From positions 1 through 57,905 of the forward strand of contig JAEYTW010000741.1 in the NCBI GenBank assembly GCA_023433835.1: a stretch of DNA of 57,905 nucleotides. Reading direction: 5' to 3'. The stretch is from Pseudomonadota bacterium. Lineage in GTDB: Bacteria > Pseudomonadota > Alphaproteobacteria > Ferrovibrionales > Ferrovibrionaceae. The notes beneath the pieces were generated by a model. It worked only from the letters and a program-made list of their open reading frames with translations. It ran no database searches and was not told the origin of the DNA. Shown piece by piece: positions 8,352-17,883 of the stretch (position 1 is its first letter; each line of letters starts with the position of its first letter). The translations under genes were made by a program, and so were the position numbers.

Positions 8352-10475
8352 CCTGGACCCTTCCCGCTCAATCGCGCCGATTTCCCTGCGCTTCAGGATT
8401 TCAAGAACCTCGATTTCATCGCTCGCAAGCGATATGGCAGTCGGCACGCCTGAAATGTCGGCCCCTGACCAGGTCATCATGTCGTCGCCCGGCCGCAAGC
8501 TCCATCCGCCGAGCTTTGCCCCATCGCCTCGGCAATCCCACAAATCAAGTCCGCCGGCGCCATCCGGCTGCACCCAGTGGTGCAGACCCTGATCGCGCAC
8601 CACCGCGCGCTCAAGGGCTGCCAGCGAGGCTGCCTGGCGCCCGACAAGCGTGCCGAGCGGGCCGTTACCTTGCCGCCGTTGGTACTCCGCCCCGGCCACC
8701 GTCCAGCTGCCGTCTTCACTTCGCGCAAGCCGGCCTATGAGGCGCGCGCGGCCGGCGCCGTCCAGGTCCCAATCGTCATATACCGGCCGTTCGGACCGCC
8801 GGTCCTGGAGATCTCCTAACCGCAGGCGTGCTGCTTCTGGGCGGGGGCCATCGGCAATATCCGCAGAGATGCTCGCCAGCCTGCGTGCCCTTGCCACGCC
8901 TTCTCTTCCGGTGCGCGGATCGAGAACGGCGAAGAGAGCAAATTTCGCCTGCACGTCTGATAGGGACCCGCAGGCCTCTTCTTCATCTCGGATCGTCCGC
9001 AACAATTGCCGAACTCGCTGCCGGTGATCTTCTTCTTTCAGCTTGCCCTGAGCGACATGCCACACATCGAGAGCAGTATCGGCTAGCGCGGCCGCCAGGT
9101 AGCGACGTCGCATTTCAGCCACCTCACGAGCGGGAGCCCCGCGCTCGACCGCCACCGGGTCACCATGCTTCGCCTGGTGGCCCAGCAGCTCGGCGCGTCG
9201 GCTTAGAGCGAATTCTCGCCCCTGGGATCGTCGCTGCGTCGCTGCTGCTGCGGCAGCGACGGCGATCCCATCCGCGGCAGCGGCGCTCCGACGCCCAAAA
9301 ACTGGCCGCTCTACGGTCAGGTCCCGCGCGGCATCAATTTCTGCCGTCAGGGCCGTTGCCATCTCGCCCCAATATCGAGCGGCGATCCGTTCGCCATTAC
9401 GGAGGACTGCGCCGGTCGCTTTGCCTTGCCGCGCCATCGCAGATCGTCGAGGCCCATGGTGTTCTTGGGCTTCGATATTTAAACCCATCGCCGCATAGCT
9501 TCGGGGGTCATAGCGCCGATCATGGCCCGCCAACGCCAGCTGCTCGTTCATCGCTTCGCAATAGGTCGCGCGTAGTTGCTTCAGCCAGTCTCGACCGCGG
9601 GCGGCGGTGCTGCGGTTTACCGGGGCGCCGGCCTGGCGCCAATCCTCGAGCTCGGCGAGCTGCTGGCGCGCGGCATCGCGCCGGTCGGCCCCGACGCCGT
9701 TATCGGCCACATGCCGGAGCCGCCTTTCGCGTGATTTCGGGGATTCCGTTCCCCAAGGGTAGAGTTCACGCGCCTTGCGCTGGTCGAAGTGCCATAGTCC
9801 ATTTTCATCTCGTTGTCCGGGCCGATCGTAATAAAGGATGTGGGCGTGGAAATTCCGCCCGTCACTCTTTGCTTCGGGAACATGTACGACAGCCCAATAG
9901 GGTAGGTTTCGTTGTTCGAAGGCTTTGCGACAAAAGTCTTCGCATGCCTGCCGGCGCTGGGCAGCCGTGAGTTCATGTGGCATTTCCATGATCAATTGTG
10001 ACTGGACCCTACCGTTAAATCGCTCTCGTGCGGCAATAAGCCGCCAGAAGCCGTCGCGGTCAGCCGCCGAGCTTCCCAACGCGCCGAAGCTCGTCGGCCG
10101 CCCAGCTTCATCGCGCTCGACTGCCTCGGGCCGCGGGGGTTCGCGACCTTCGATATAGCGCTGGCGGCGTTCAGCCTGGTCGGGTGATACACCCTGCAAC
10201 GGCGTTAATTTCCCACGCTTTGACGGCCCCTCGCGCCGCTGTTTCCCGTTGGTTTGGCCTGCATTATTGGCGATGTACGAATGCGACATGTGGAAGGACG
10301 TGAAGGTGCCGTGTAATCGCGGCCGTTCCGACTTCCCGCTATTCTGGTTAAGGCTTCTCCACCAGGGGCGGGCGCGTCGCGCGAGCGTTCTACCTTCCGC
10401 GGCCTCGCCCTCTAGATAGCGTCCTCGCTTCTCGCTATGACCATCCCCGTCGTCTTCTAAATCAAATATTCCCAT
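8328..10475 (-). CDS. MobA/MobL-family (MOBQ-like, TraA-like) conjugative relaxase
   Basis: Motif region LIMEMPHELTAAQRRQACEDFCRKAF...YWAVVHVPEAKSDGRNFHAHILYYDRP (histidine triad HAHIL). Long Ala/Arg-rich helical C-terminus. The track start at 10526 is a TTG inside a palindrome; the first ATG, at 10475, is preferred. Confidence 0.8.
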   Translation of the reverse strand: MGIFDLEDDGDGHSEKRGRYLEGEAAEGRTLARRARPWWRSLNQNSGKSERPRLHGTFTSFHMSHSYIANNAGQTNGKQRREGPSKRGKLTPLQGVSPDQAERRQRYIEGREPPRPEAVERDEAGRPTSFGALGSSAADRDGFWRLIAARERFNGRVQSQLIMEMPHELTAAQRRQACEDFCRKAFEQRNLPYWAVVHVPEAKSDGRNFHAHILYYDRPGQRDENGLWHFDQRKARELYPWGTESPKSRERRLRHVADNGVGADRRDAARQQLAELEDWRQAGAPVNRSTAARGRDWLKQLRATYCEAMNEQLALAGHDRRYDPRSYAAMGLNIEAQEHHGPRRSAMARQGKATGAVLRNGERIAARYWGEMATALTAEIDAARDLTVERPVFGRRSAAAADGIAVAAAAAATQRRSQGREFALSRRAELLGHQAKHGDPVAVERGAPAREVAEMRRRYLAAALADTALDVWHVAQGKLKEEDHRQRVRQLLRTIRDEEEACGSLSDVQAKFALFAVLDPRTGREGVARARRLASISADIADGPRPEAARLRLGDLQDRRSERPVYDDWDLDGAGRARLIGRLARSEDGSWTVAGAEYQRRQGNGPLGTLVGRQAASLAALERAVVRDQGLHHWVQPDGAGGLDLWDCRGDGAKLGGWSLRPGDDMMTWSGADISGVPTAISLASDEIEVLEILKRREIGAIEREGSRSAGDRER

Positions 10476-10524
10476 CTGCTCGCGTCCCGTCGCCGCTCCA
10501 ATCGCAGTGATGCGCGCAATCACC

Positions 10525-10540
10525 AAATGTAATTACATTT
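10525..10540. promoter_or_regulatory. perfect 16-bp palindrome AAATGTAATTACATTT (TGTAATTACA box 1); candidate operator or oriT inverted repeat
   Basis: Read directly. Lies about 50 nt upstream of the relaxase ATG in an AT-rich gap, followed by GGGTTATTGCGCGAG. Confidence 0.6.
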
Positions 10541-10630
10541 GGGTTATTGCGCGAGTAATATAGTTGTAGGTTTTTATTGTGTAACTTGCTGCATATCAAT
10601 GAATAAATTACGCTATCCGGGTCAATAGAA

Positions 10631-10644
10631 AAATGTAATTACAT
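10631..10644. promoter_or_regulatory. TGTAATTACA box 2 (AAATGTAATTACAT)
   Basis: Read directly. 16 nt upstream of the ATG at 10660. Same 14 nt as box 1. Confidence 0.6.
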
Positions 10645-10659
10645 CCGGAATACTCAAAA

Positions 10660-11505
10660 ATGGTCCAGGTGCCCACACGACGGCTGATCTCTCGCCAGCC
10701 TGCCGCGACGGATAATCCTCCGGATGCACAGGCGAAGGATCAGGCCATGCTCACAGCGGCTCACACGTCCCCGCAGCCCGATGAGCCCGATCTTGATTCG
10801 CCACCTCCTGATCTTGAGATCCCGCCCGACGACCAGCAGGTCGAACTCGAGACGCCTGAGGGAGATTGGGCGGTCGCGAACGCCAGCAGCGATCAGGCCC
10901 GCGGCTCCGCACCCCCGGTCACGAATCCGCCCGCCGCCACGGCTGAGCCGCGCCGGAGACGTGGGCGGCCTCCGGGCAGTGCGAACAAACCCAACGCCGA
11001 GAAACTGGAAGGCGGGGCCCGCGTCATTAAGACCGTCGACCACAAGGACCTGCAGCGTGCCAACGCTGCGATTGATCAACTGCGCCCCGTGCTTGATACG
11101 GCGGAGACCATGCTGGCCTCGGTGCCGGCGGGGGCTCACCATGCCGGCCTGCGGAAAGCAGCCAGGGGCGCGGTCGACCAGGCCAAGAAGCAGATTGCGA
11201 CGGCGACAGTTATGCGGGACCAGATCGTCGCGACGCTGGCAGAGCGCGAGCGCGAGCGCGAACGCGATCGGGTCGAGCGTGAGCGGGCCCGCAGACTGCC
11301 ACTCTTCACCGCTATCGGGGAAAAGGCGGTGGACCGCTTCGGGTTCACCCGCGAACTCGTCGATGAGATTGAGAAGCTTCTCGGCGATCTTTCACCCGAG
11401 CAATGCGCCGATTTCATCCGACGCGCGCTACTCGCTGCGGACTCGAATATCGCAGGTGCCGGGCTTATGGCTGCCGCGCCGTCGGGCGCCGACCCAACAG
11501 CCTGA
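10660..11505 (+). CDS. Pro-rich protein with an AT-hook-like motif and a charged coiled coil
   Basis: 281 aa. PRRRRGRPPGSANKP matches the AT-hook core R-G-R-P. Also contains an ERERERERDRVERERARR stretch. First gene of the plus-strand operon. Alternative ATG at 10747. Confidence 0.55.
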   Translation: MVQVPTRRLISRQPAATDNPPDAQAKDQAMLTAAHTSPQPDEPDLDSPPPDLEIPPDDQQVELETPEGDWAVANASSDQARGSAPPVTNPPAATAEPRRRRGRPPGSANKPNAEKLEGGARVIKTVDHKDLQRANAAIDQLRPVLDTAETMLASVPAGAHHAGLRKAARGAVDQAKKQIATATVMRDQIVATLAERERERERDRVERERARRLPLFTAIGEKAVDRFGFTRELVDEIEKLLGDLSPEQCADFIRRALLAADSNIAGAGLMAAAPSGADPTA

Positions 11506-11517
11506 TAGGAGTTGGCG

Positions 11518-11745
11518 ATGCCAATGCCGACGATCGAATGGTTGCTGCAGGTCGGGGTGTATGTGCTCCTCGGCGTCGGCGCTCTGTGGGCGCTTCAAAA
11601 ACTGAATTCGCTCCGACCCCAGGAATTTGATCCCGAGGAAGATCCGGGCCGCGACGAGGCCGATCGCGACGACACAGCCTCTCGGGATGAGCGTGACTCC
11701 GATGCCGCTGATCACCAGCCGGCGAGGCCCAGGAGGGACCCATGA
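11518..11745 (+). CDS. small membrane protein with an acidic tail
   Basis: 75 aa from the ATG at 11518 (RBS TAGGAG 7 nt upstream). One TM helix (LLQVGVYVLLGVGALWAL). Its stop overlaps the virB6-like start (ATGA). Confidence 0.5.
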   Translation: MPMPTIEWLLQVGVYVLLGVGALWALQKLNSLRPQEFDPEEDPGRDEADRDDTASRDERDSDAADHQPARPRRDP

Positions 11746-13268
11746 GCGAATGCCATATCTGCTCTTTCATCGCTCAACTCGAGGCGAAAGCAGATGTCTT
11801 CACGGCAGAAGTTGTTCGTGAGCTATCCGTATTTGCCGTGAATATCTGGCGCCCGATATTGGTGCTTTGGTTCGCGTCGGTCTGTGTTTTCATCTACTTC
11901 GGGCTGAAAAAATATGAGCCCGCAAAAATTGGCAATCGCGTGTTCCTGGCGGTCATCCTGTCGGCCTTGATCAGCTCGACGGCCGCGGGGACGGCGCAAA
12001 ATGACCCGACCCACAGCATCTACTGGAAGATGACACACGAGCTCTACAAGAAGGTCTCGGCGGGGGTGTCCTCCGCGATCCTTTCGATGGGCGGTGGCAT
12101 CGAAATTCCGGATCAATCAGCTGCGTTGGCTGGGGCGCCAGCGGTCTCGCTGTCGACCAATTCCTACCCGTTCACCAGGGTGTTCGGGGCGATGGAAAAC
12201 AGCGTCTGGAACATCATTGTGACTGGCATTGGGGCGATCTGGTCGAACCCTTCGGCCGCCACCAATACGGCTAACCAAAGCTGGTTCGTGAAGATGCTTG
12301 GCCTCCCCGGCATCCAGCAGGTGGTAAACGTCATCCAATCGATTTTGCTGCTTCTGCCCTACGTTTTTGTGATCGGGCTCTTCACCGCCTATATCGTGGA
12401 GAGCCTATTCATGTATCTCGCGACCACAATGGTCGCGCCGTTCCTTATGATCTGCGCCTTTTTCGATCCCCTGCGGCAAATCTTCATCACGGGGCTTCGG
12501 ATCTACGCTTCAGCCGCCCTGACCATCATTTTTGCGGCCATGGCGATGGGCTTCACGCTGTCCGTGTCGGCTGGATATTTTAGCGAGATCCAGTGTCTCA
12601 TCGTCAAGGAACCGACCATCACGCTCGCGAGCGGGAAAACAGCAACATGTTCGTCGGCGACGATCGCCCGCACCGACCCGGTCATCCTCAGCTACGAATA
12701 CTGGTCTGCGGTGCTGATCGGGTTTGCGTCCATTCTGCTGCACATCAAAGCCAAGACCCTCGCATCGAATTTTTCTGGTGCGTCTGATGGAGCTGGGCCC
12801 GCCGCCGCGGTCGTCGCCGCGACCAAGCTGGCGGTCGGCGGCGCGCTGGCAGCCGGGCTGAGCGCAGCGCGCCAACTGCCCGGCAATGCCCGAGACGCGG
12901 CTGGCCTCGGGATGCAGGCCGTGGGTGCCGCCACCGGCCGCCCCAACCTCATTTCCGCCGGCCGAGCGATCACGTCGACCAACCGCCAGAACTCGGTCGA
13001 CAATGTCGCCGCCCGAGCGATGGTCGCGCGCGGCAAATCCCCGACCGTCGCGGCGGCGATGTCGGATCTCCAGACGCCAGGCCGGTACGACACGTCGGCG
13101 GGGCGCGGTCGAACCGGTAATAGCGGGACGGCCGGCGCCGGAGGCGAGCCGGCCCAGCCGGGCGGTCAACGGCCTGCCCAAGACCAGCCCACAAGACGCC
13201 AGACGACGAACCAGGCGTACGAGGATCTCCGCGGAAACCGCGGGTCCGACGGATCTTATAGAACCTGA
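11742..13268 (+). CDS. virB6: VirB6/TrbL-like polytopic T4SS membrane protein
   Basis: 508 aa. At least 6 hydrophobic helices, then a long Gly/Ala/Gln/Pro-rich disordered C-terminal tail as in TrbL. Operon context with a VirB5-like gene. Confidence 0.65.
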   Translation: MSECHICSFIAQLEAKADVFTAEVVRELSVFAVNIWRPILVLWFASVCVFIYFGLKKYEPAKIGNRVFLAVILSALISSTAAGTAQNDPTHSIYWKMTHELYKKVSAGVSSAILSMGGGIEIPDQSAALAGAPAVSLSTNSYPFTRVFGAMENSVWNIIVTGIGAIWSNPSAATNTANQSWFVKMLGLPGIQQVVNVIQSILLLLPYVFVIGLFTAYIVESLFMYLATTMVAPFLMICAFFDPLRQIFITGLRIYASAALTIIFAAMAMGFTLSVSAGYFSEIQCLIVKEPTITLASGKTATCSSATIARTDPVILSYEYWSAVLIGFASILLHIKAKTLASNFSGASDGAGPAAAVVAATKLAVGGALAAGLSAARQLPGNARDAAGLGMQAVGAATGRPNLISAGRAITSTNRQNSVDNVAARAMVARGKSPTVAAAMSDLQTPGRYDTSAGRGRTGNSGTAGAGGEPAQPGGQRPAQDQPTRRQTTNQAYEDLRGNRGSDGSYRT

Positions 13269-13281
13269 ATAGGAGCCCGAC

Positions 13282-14013
13282 ATGTTGAAATATGTTCTGG
13301 CGGCCGTGTTGTGGCTCGCCGGCGCTACCGCCGCGGCGGCCCAAGGCTGCCCCGTCTTGGACCAGGCCAACTACGACAAGAACCTCGCGATTAGCGGCTT
13401 GGTCGATGACCAGTTGAAGAGCCTGCGGAACCAGCTGCTGTCGACGGAGAACATCGAGAAGGCGATCGGCGCCGCCGGCGCCGGCAAACTCAGCGGGATG
13501 ATATCGAGCCTGCCCGGCGTCGCTTCCGCCTGGTCTAAGCAAAACGCGAACGGTGTGATCGGCGGACTGCCGATCGACACGACCCGCTTGTCCTCGATCA
13601 CCCATCCGAGCATTCCAGCGGTGCCGGCCGCGAACTACGATTCGGCGGACCAGGCTGCAGCCTGGCTCAGGCAAGCGGTCTTTCTCACCCAGCGGAACGA
13701 CGCATATCCCGAGGCTGCGACGTCAGCAGTGGCCCGTCGGCGCGTCGCCGCGGTCGAGACCGCTGCCCGGGACGGCTATGCGGTGGCGGTTGCCGCCCGC
13801 AAGACGCAGGCCGAGACCGCGACACAACTCGCCAATGACCTGGGCGCCGCCGGCGATTTGGCGGTCAACGAGCGCGACCAGATCGCGGCACTGACCTTGG
13901 CTATGCTTGCCCTGCAGCGTGATATGGCCCAGGTGAAGCTCCTGCGGGCACACCAGCTCGAGATCGAAGCCGCCCGCGCCCTCGCGAGTTTGCCTCCGGG
14001 GGCTTCGCCATGA
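13282..14013 (+). CDS. VirB5/TrbJ-like secreted helical protein
   Basis: 243 aa. Signal peptide. The mature N-terminus CPVLDQANYDKNLAISGLVDDQLKSLRNQLL resembles the TrbJ/VirB5 start (V-x-D-x-A-N then a Gln/Leu-rich helix). Ala-rich helical remainder. RBS AGGAG. Confidence 0.5.
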   Translation: MLKYVLAAVLWLAGATAAAAQGCPVLDQANYDKNLAISGLVDDQLKSLRNQLLSTENIEKAIGAAGAGKLSGMISSLPGVASAWSKQNANGVIGGLPIDTTRLSSITHPSIPAVPAANYDSADQAAAWLRQAVFLTQRNDAYPEAATSAVARRRVAAVETAARDGYAVAVAARKTQAETATQLANDLGAAGDLAVNERDQIAALTLAMLALQRDMAQVKLLRAHQLEIEAARALASLPPGASP

Positions 14014-14780
14014 AGAAGTTGATCACGATGCTGCTGCTGGGGCTTGCCGCGTTGCCGCCGGACGCCGCCAACGCAGCATCTCAGGGCTGGTGCCAAGCGA
14101 CTTCGGCCGGGTCGGCTTCCGCGGTGTGCGACCAATCACCCGCCGCGGCTCCTCGCTGGTCGACACCTTTGGGCGAACAGCCTGACGACGGCTTTCGAGG
14201 CCTGCTGCTGCTGGCGGCCAAGTGCTACTGCCCGGGCACCACGCACGACGGCATGAATCTGGCGCAAGCCGGTGCGCAAGTGATATCGCGCAATGCGATC
14301 GGCCAGGCGAGCCGTACGCTCGAAACAGTGCTCGACCGGATCCGGATCACAGTCGGTACGCCCGGAGGCCATGGCGGCGCCTTTGCAAGCCTTGCGGCGA
14401 ACCCTTTGGCGATCGCCATGTCGTCGACCAGGCTGCCATCAACGGCTGTCGGCTGGCCACAGCCTCAGCAGCTCCTCGGCGCCCAGACGGAGTCAGCCGC
14501 CCGACAAGAAGTTGAGCGCCGCCAATCCCTGCGCGGCCGCGCAGCTCTTGACGCCCAGGCCCTCGCCTTGACCACCAGGCGCCAGGCTAAGCAGAGCGGC
14601 GGCCAGCGGCAGGCCCAGGTCGACCAGCTGGTGGACGCGGTTTCCAACCGTCGTGCAGACTGGCTTGCGCTCAACGCTGTTGTCTTGATGGCCCACGACG
14701 ATGCGACGGGCCTGGTCGGCCTCGAGGCTGCCGCGCTGGCGCTAACCGCGGCCAACGCCTTAGGCGAGGGCCGCCCATGA
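14010..14780 (+). CDS. secreted Ala-rich helical protein (possible VirB5 paralogue)
   Basis: 256 aa. Signal peptide MKKLITMLLLGLAALPPDAANA. Four Cys near the N-terminus, helical Ala/Gln/Arg-rich C-half. ATGA overlap with the upstream gene. Confidence 0.45.
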   Translation: MKKLITMLLLGLAALPPDAANAASQGWCQATSAGSASAVCDQSPAAAPRWSTPLGEQPDDGFRGLLLLAAKCYCPGTTHDGMNLAQAGAQVISRNAIGQASRTLETVLDRIRITVGTPGGHGGAFASLAANPLAIAMSSTRLPSTAVGWPQPQQLLGAQTESAARQEVERRQSLRGRAALDAQALALTTRRQAKQSGGQRQAQVDQLVDAVSNRRADWLALNAVVLMAHDDATGLVGLEAAALALTAANALGEGRP

Positions 14781-15403
14781 CCAGGACCATCACAGTCGGC
14801 TTGGCGCTCGCATTGCTGACCGCAGCGTCGCCCGCCAATGCATGCACGTGCTGCTTTTATGCGATCAACGATGGTGCGAACATCGCCGAACACGGCATCA
14901 CCATCGGTCATCTGACCAGCTTGGGACCTGTTCTTGACGGACTGGGAGACCGGCTCGTCGGGTGGAACATATCGCAGGGAGCAGCCTTCAAGGCGACCTG
15001 GTCCAGTGCCTTAGGCCAGGCAGTCTCCAAGATATCCAGCCTGAATCCGTCGACGCCGCTCGCCGCCTCGGCGTCGACGGTGCCGCAGATGCGCGACAAT
15101 GTTTCAAAGGAAGTTTTGGCAGGGTCATCGGCACCGTCGCCGCCGGCGGCGCCTGCTGCAGCTCAATTACGCATTGCCGCTATGGATGGCCAGGCGCTGG
15201 CGTTAGCCGTCCGGTCCGCCGCGGCGATGTCGCCGGCGGCCGTGACGGCGGCCGCGGGTGCGAACGACCCCGTGGTCGAAGACAGATCGGCGGCATTGGC
15301 GCGGCTGGGGGCCGCGATCATGGCCGCACGCGCCGAATTGTCAAGCGTCGTTGCTGTCGAAAGCGCCATCACGGAAATTCGAGCTCTACGCGCACTGCAA
15401 TGA
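14777..15403 (+). CDS. secreted Ala-rich helical protein (possible VirB5 paralogue)
   Basis: 208 aa. Signal peptide ending PANA|CTCC. FYAINDGANIAEH resembles the VirB5/TrbJ N-terminal motif. ATGA overlaps at both ends. Confidence 0.45.
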   Translation: MTRTITVGLALALLTAASPANACTCCFYAINDGANIAEHGITIGHLTSLGPVLDGLGDRLVGWNISQGAAFKATWSSALGQAVSKISSLNPSTPLAASASTVPQMRDNVSKEVLAGSSAPSPPAAPAAAQLRIAAMDGQALALAVRSAAAMSPAAVTAAAGANDPVVEDRSAALARLGAAIMAARAELSSVVAVESAITEIRALRALQ

Positions 15404-16962
15404 GATATCTCAGCCGCCTATTTCGGCCTGGTACTGCGCTTGGCGACGTTCGGCTAGCCGTCACTGCTCCACTTCACGACGCATCTGTTCGGGCCACGGC
15501 TCAGGCCCGCATCCTCCGAGGGCGCCTTAGCGTCTCGATCGCCTGGGGCGTGGTGAGCTCGGCGATAATGATGGACCTTGCCGCCGGATGGTGGCGGCTC
15601 CACCTCTGGCGGCCGAGCCACTGGCAATACATGTTGGAGCTCTGGCGCGGGGCTGGCATCCCCCACGAGGTATTTGTTTTCGTGCTGGCCTTCATCCTCC
15701 TGGTGTTCGGCGGCATGGTTATCCTGATGTTCGTGCCGAGCGAAAAAATCGCCTCGCACCTTCTTGGCTCCGACGATCCCCTGCTGGCCCTCGCGGAGCG
15801 GCTGAGGTCTTTCCGGAAAAAAGAAGGATCTGTCGGTCAGAATGTCCATGGGCATAGTCCCGGCGGCAAGATCGCCGGCAAGGCTGTGCCAGGCACCCAG
15901 CAATCGCCGGCATTGACCACGCCTCCGCCAGCCCCACCTCCGCAATCCTCGATCGCCGCCTCGGCGATAGCTGTTCCAGCTGCCCAGGCAGCGGCCGCGC
16001 CGCCACCAATTTCGCAACCGCCGATCAACTCGACAAAATCGCCCCAGCCTGCGCCACCGCCTCCGGCCGAACAGGCGCAGTCGCAGCAGATCACCGCTAC
16101 TTCAGGCCCGACTGGCAGCGAACTCGGGCTGGCAAGCATCCCTGAAATTGAACTGGAGGTCCCGCCCGACGGCCCAGACGAACTGGAACCGGAGGAGGTC
16201 GAACTGGAACCTCCGCCGGCTGCCGATTTCATGGAAAAATCGCCCGCCGCGCCGCCATTGGCACCGGTTGCCGCTGGAGACAGCGACGTGGAGCGCCGCG
16301 GCGATGTGGTGGCCGCGGTGAAAGATATGATCGGGGCAGCGGCCGAAGGAATGTTCGCCGGCGCACGCTGGATTTTCAGCACGCCGGCTTCTCGCTCCAT
16401 ATGTGGCACGCTTCAGGTGGATTATGTTCTGGCCTGCGACGATAACGAGGCGGGCGCCATCGTATTCTATCTCGTCATTCCGGTGGTCGGTGCCGGCGCG
16501 CTGCAGCGGCGGCCCTCGGTGCAACTCGTGCCTCGGGATGATTCGGAATGGTACCGCGGCGATTGGCGAATAATCCGGGCGGGCCAACCGACGCGACATC
16601 TCGGCGAAATCGAACTGGCCAGCGTCACCATGGCCAACGAATTCGCTGACTTGGTCGATGGGCGCCTGGGTGATCGTGTCGTCGCCGTGATGCCTCTGAT
16701 AATCATCGCCGACGCGGCGTTATCATCATCCGAGCGGCCGCTTCCCGAGATCGAGAAGGAGGGGCTGGGCGTTTTCCTCTTGTCTCAACCCGATAGCGAG
16801 GTCGACGTCCTCCGCCTCGAGGATTGGGTCGCGTCAACCTTTGGTGATAGCCCAGATATAATCTCGGCGCCGGCCGACGACGTGCTGCGCGACTGGACCT
16901 CGCGGGACGGTATCGAGTGGGAGGTTCTTGCCGGTCCGATATTCGAGGGCTGGCAGCCTTAG
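15400..16962 (+). CDS. membrane protein with a Pro-rich linker and an unknown C-terminal domain
   Basis: The track ORF 14962..16962 overlaps the previous gene. The ATG at 15400 overlaps that gene's TGA (ATGA) and gives 520 aa: two TM helices, a PPPAPPP.../PQPAPPPP linker, an acidic stretch, and a globular C-terminus (ICGTLQVDYVLACDDNEAGAIVFYLVIP...). Confidence 0.55.
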   Translation: MRYLSRLFRPGTALGDVRLAVTAPLHDASVRATAQARILRGRLSVSIAWGVVSSAIMMDLAAGWWRLHLWRPSHWQYMLELWRGAGIPHEVFVFVLAFILLVFGGMVILMFVPSEKIASHLLGSDDPLLALAERLRSFRKKEGSVGQNVHGHSPGGKIAGKAVPGTQQSPALTTPPPAPPPQSSIAASAIAVPAAQAAAAPPPISQPPINSTKSPQPAPPPPAEQAQSQQITATSGPTGSELGLASIPEIELEVPPDGPDELEPEEVELEPPPAADFMEKSPAAPPLAPVAAGDSDVERRGDVVAAVKDMIGAAAEGMFAGARWIFSTPASRSICGTLQVDYVLACDDNEAGAIVFYLVIPVVGAGALQRRPSVQLVPRDDSEWYRGDWRIIRAGQPTRHLGEIELASVTMANEFADLVDGRLGDRVVAVMPLIIIADAALSSSERPLPEIEKEGLGVFLLSQPDSEVDVLRLEDWVASTFGDSPDIISAPADDVLRDWTSRDGIEWEVLAGPIFEGWQP

Positions 16963-17696
16963 CGCTGCACGGCAGGCAGGTGCTGAAAATCGGCATACCG
17001 GTCGGCGACGCTGGCCATATAGGGAATCGCTCGCGAGGGGTCGGACGAGTGATATCGACCGACCGCCTTTTGCCACGACCCAGTTTCGCGCGCCAGCTGG
17101 CGCAGAAATGCCCCGGCATAATCGGCATTCCAGGCCGGATCGAACAGTTCGACCAGGCTTGGCAGCGATTGCCGATGCCAGGGGATGCTGATCTGCATGC
17201 AGCCACCATCGATCGACCTGGCCCCAGAAGCGGCTGCAGCGTGAACCCGTTTCGCGGCGCTGAGGAGATCAACGGGGAATTCGGCTCGGCCGTCAATATT
17301 TAGAGCATAGGGATGACCTGCCTCGACGCCGGCGATCGCTAATAGGAGGCCGGCCGGAATCCCGTGCTTCAGCTCGGCGGCATTCACCGCCTTCCGACAT
17401 GAAGCCGAGATGGCTGTCCGCTCGATCATTGTGCCAGTCGCGCGCCTGGCGCTCGTCCGCGTCGGCGCCGGGGGTGATGGGGATGGCCGTTCGGCCCGAC
17501 GCCTGGCGTGCTGATCTTCGAGCCTGGGGGCGGTAGCGGTATCCACAAACCCCGGCTCGCCAAAGATCGTCCTCGATGAGCGTGAATCTGCTCTCACAGG
17601 TCCTATAGCCATTGCAATGGGGGTCATAAGACCGATAACAGCGCCGAAGCGCCATAGCAGATCCCAGATCCCCCATTGAGACTTCGTCAACGCCAT
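16959..17696 (-). CDS. virB1: VirB1-like lytic transglycosylase (SLT domain)
   Basis: 245 aa. Signal/TM N-terminus. SLT motifs GLLLAIAGVEAG, GGCMQISIPWH and AVGRYHS. Confidence 0.75.
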   Translation of the reverse strand: MALTKSQWGIWDLLWRFGAVIGLMTPIAMAIGPVRADSRSSRTIFGEPGFVDTATAPRLEDQHARRRAERPSPSPPAPTRTSARRATGTMIERTAISASCRKAVNAAELKHGIPAGLLLAIAGVEAGHPYALNIDGRAEFPVDLLSAAKRVHAAAASGARSIDGGCMQISIPWHRQSLPSLVELFDPAWNADYAGAFLRQLARETGSWQKAVGRYHSSDPSRAIPYMASVADRYADFQHLPAVQR

Positions 17697-17883
17697 ATGC
17701 CCGTCTACCTACCCCGTGAGGCCCCTTGTCTACGATGCCACGGCCCCCGTCTACCGTCGATGTCGCTCATATTTGGACATTTCTACCGCGAAACCCCACC
17801 CCGAACGCAACTTTTCACCGATGCATCTAATCCAACCCATTGATGCTGCTACATAACCTAATCACTAGATGGAGGCAGGATAC

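Noticed and set aside
11221-11265. GAGCGC tandem repeats, considered as a possible CRISPR or VNTR
   Set aside because: This is a short in-frame coding repeat (ERERER) within the AT-hook protein gene. No spacer-repeat architecture occurs anywhere in the window.
12510-13370. Long antisense ORFs inside real genes (for example 12510..13370, 19194..19940, 24499..25173, 30476..31285, 15837..16409, 54201..55313)
   Set aside because: These are typical high-GC antisense open frames: Arg/Gly/Pro-rich, no motifs, and fully overlapped by genes with recognisable domains.
14962-15399. N-terminal 146 codons of track ORF 14962..16962
   Set aside because: This part overlaps the whole 3' half of the 14777..15403 gene in another frame and is Arg/Gly-rich junk-like. 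The ATG at 15400 gives an ATGA overlap consistent with the rest of the operon.
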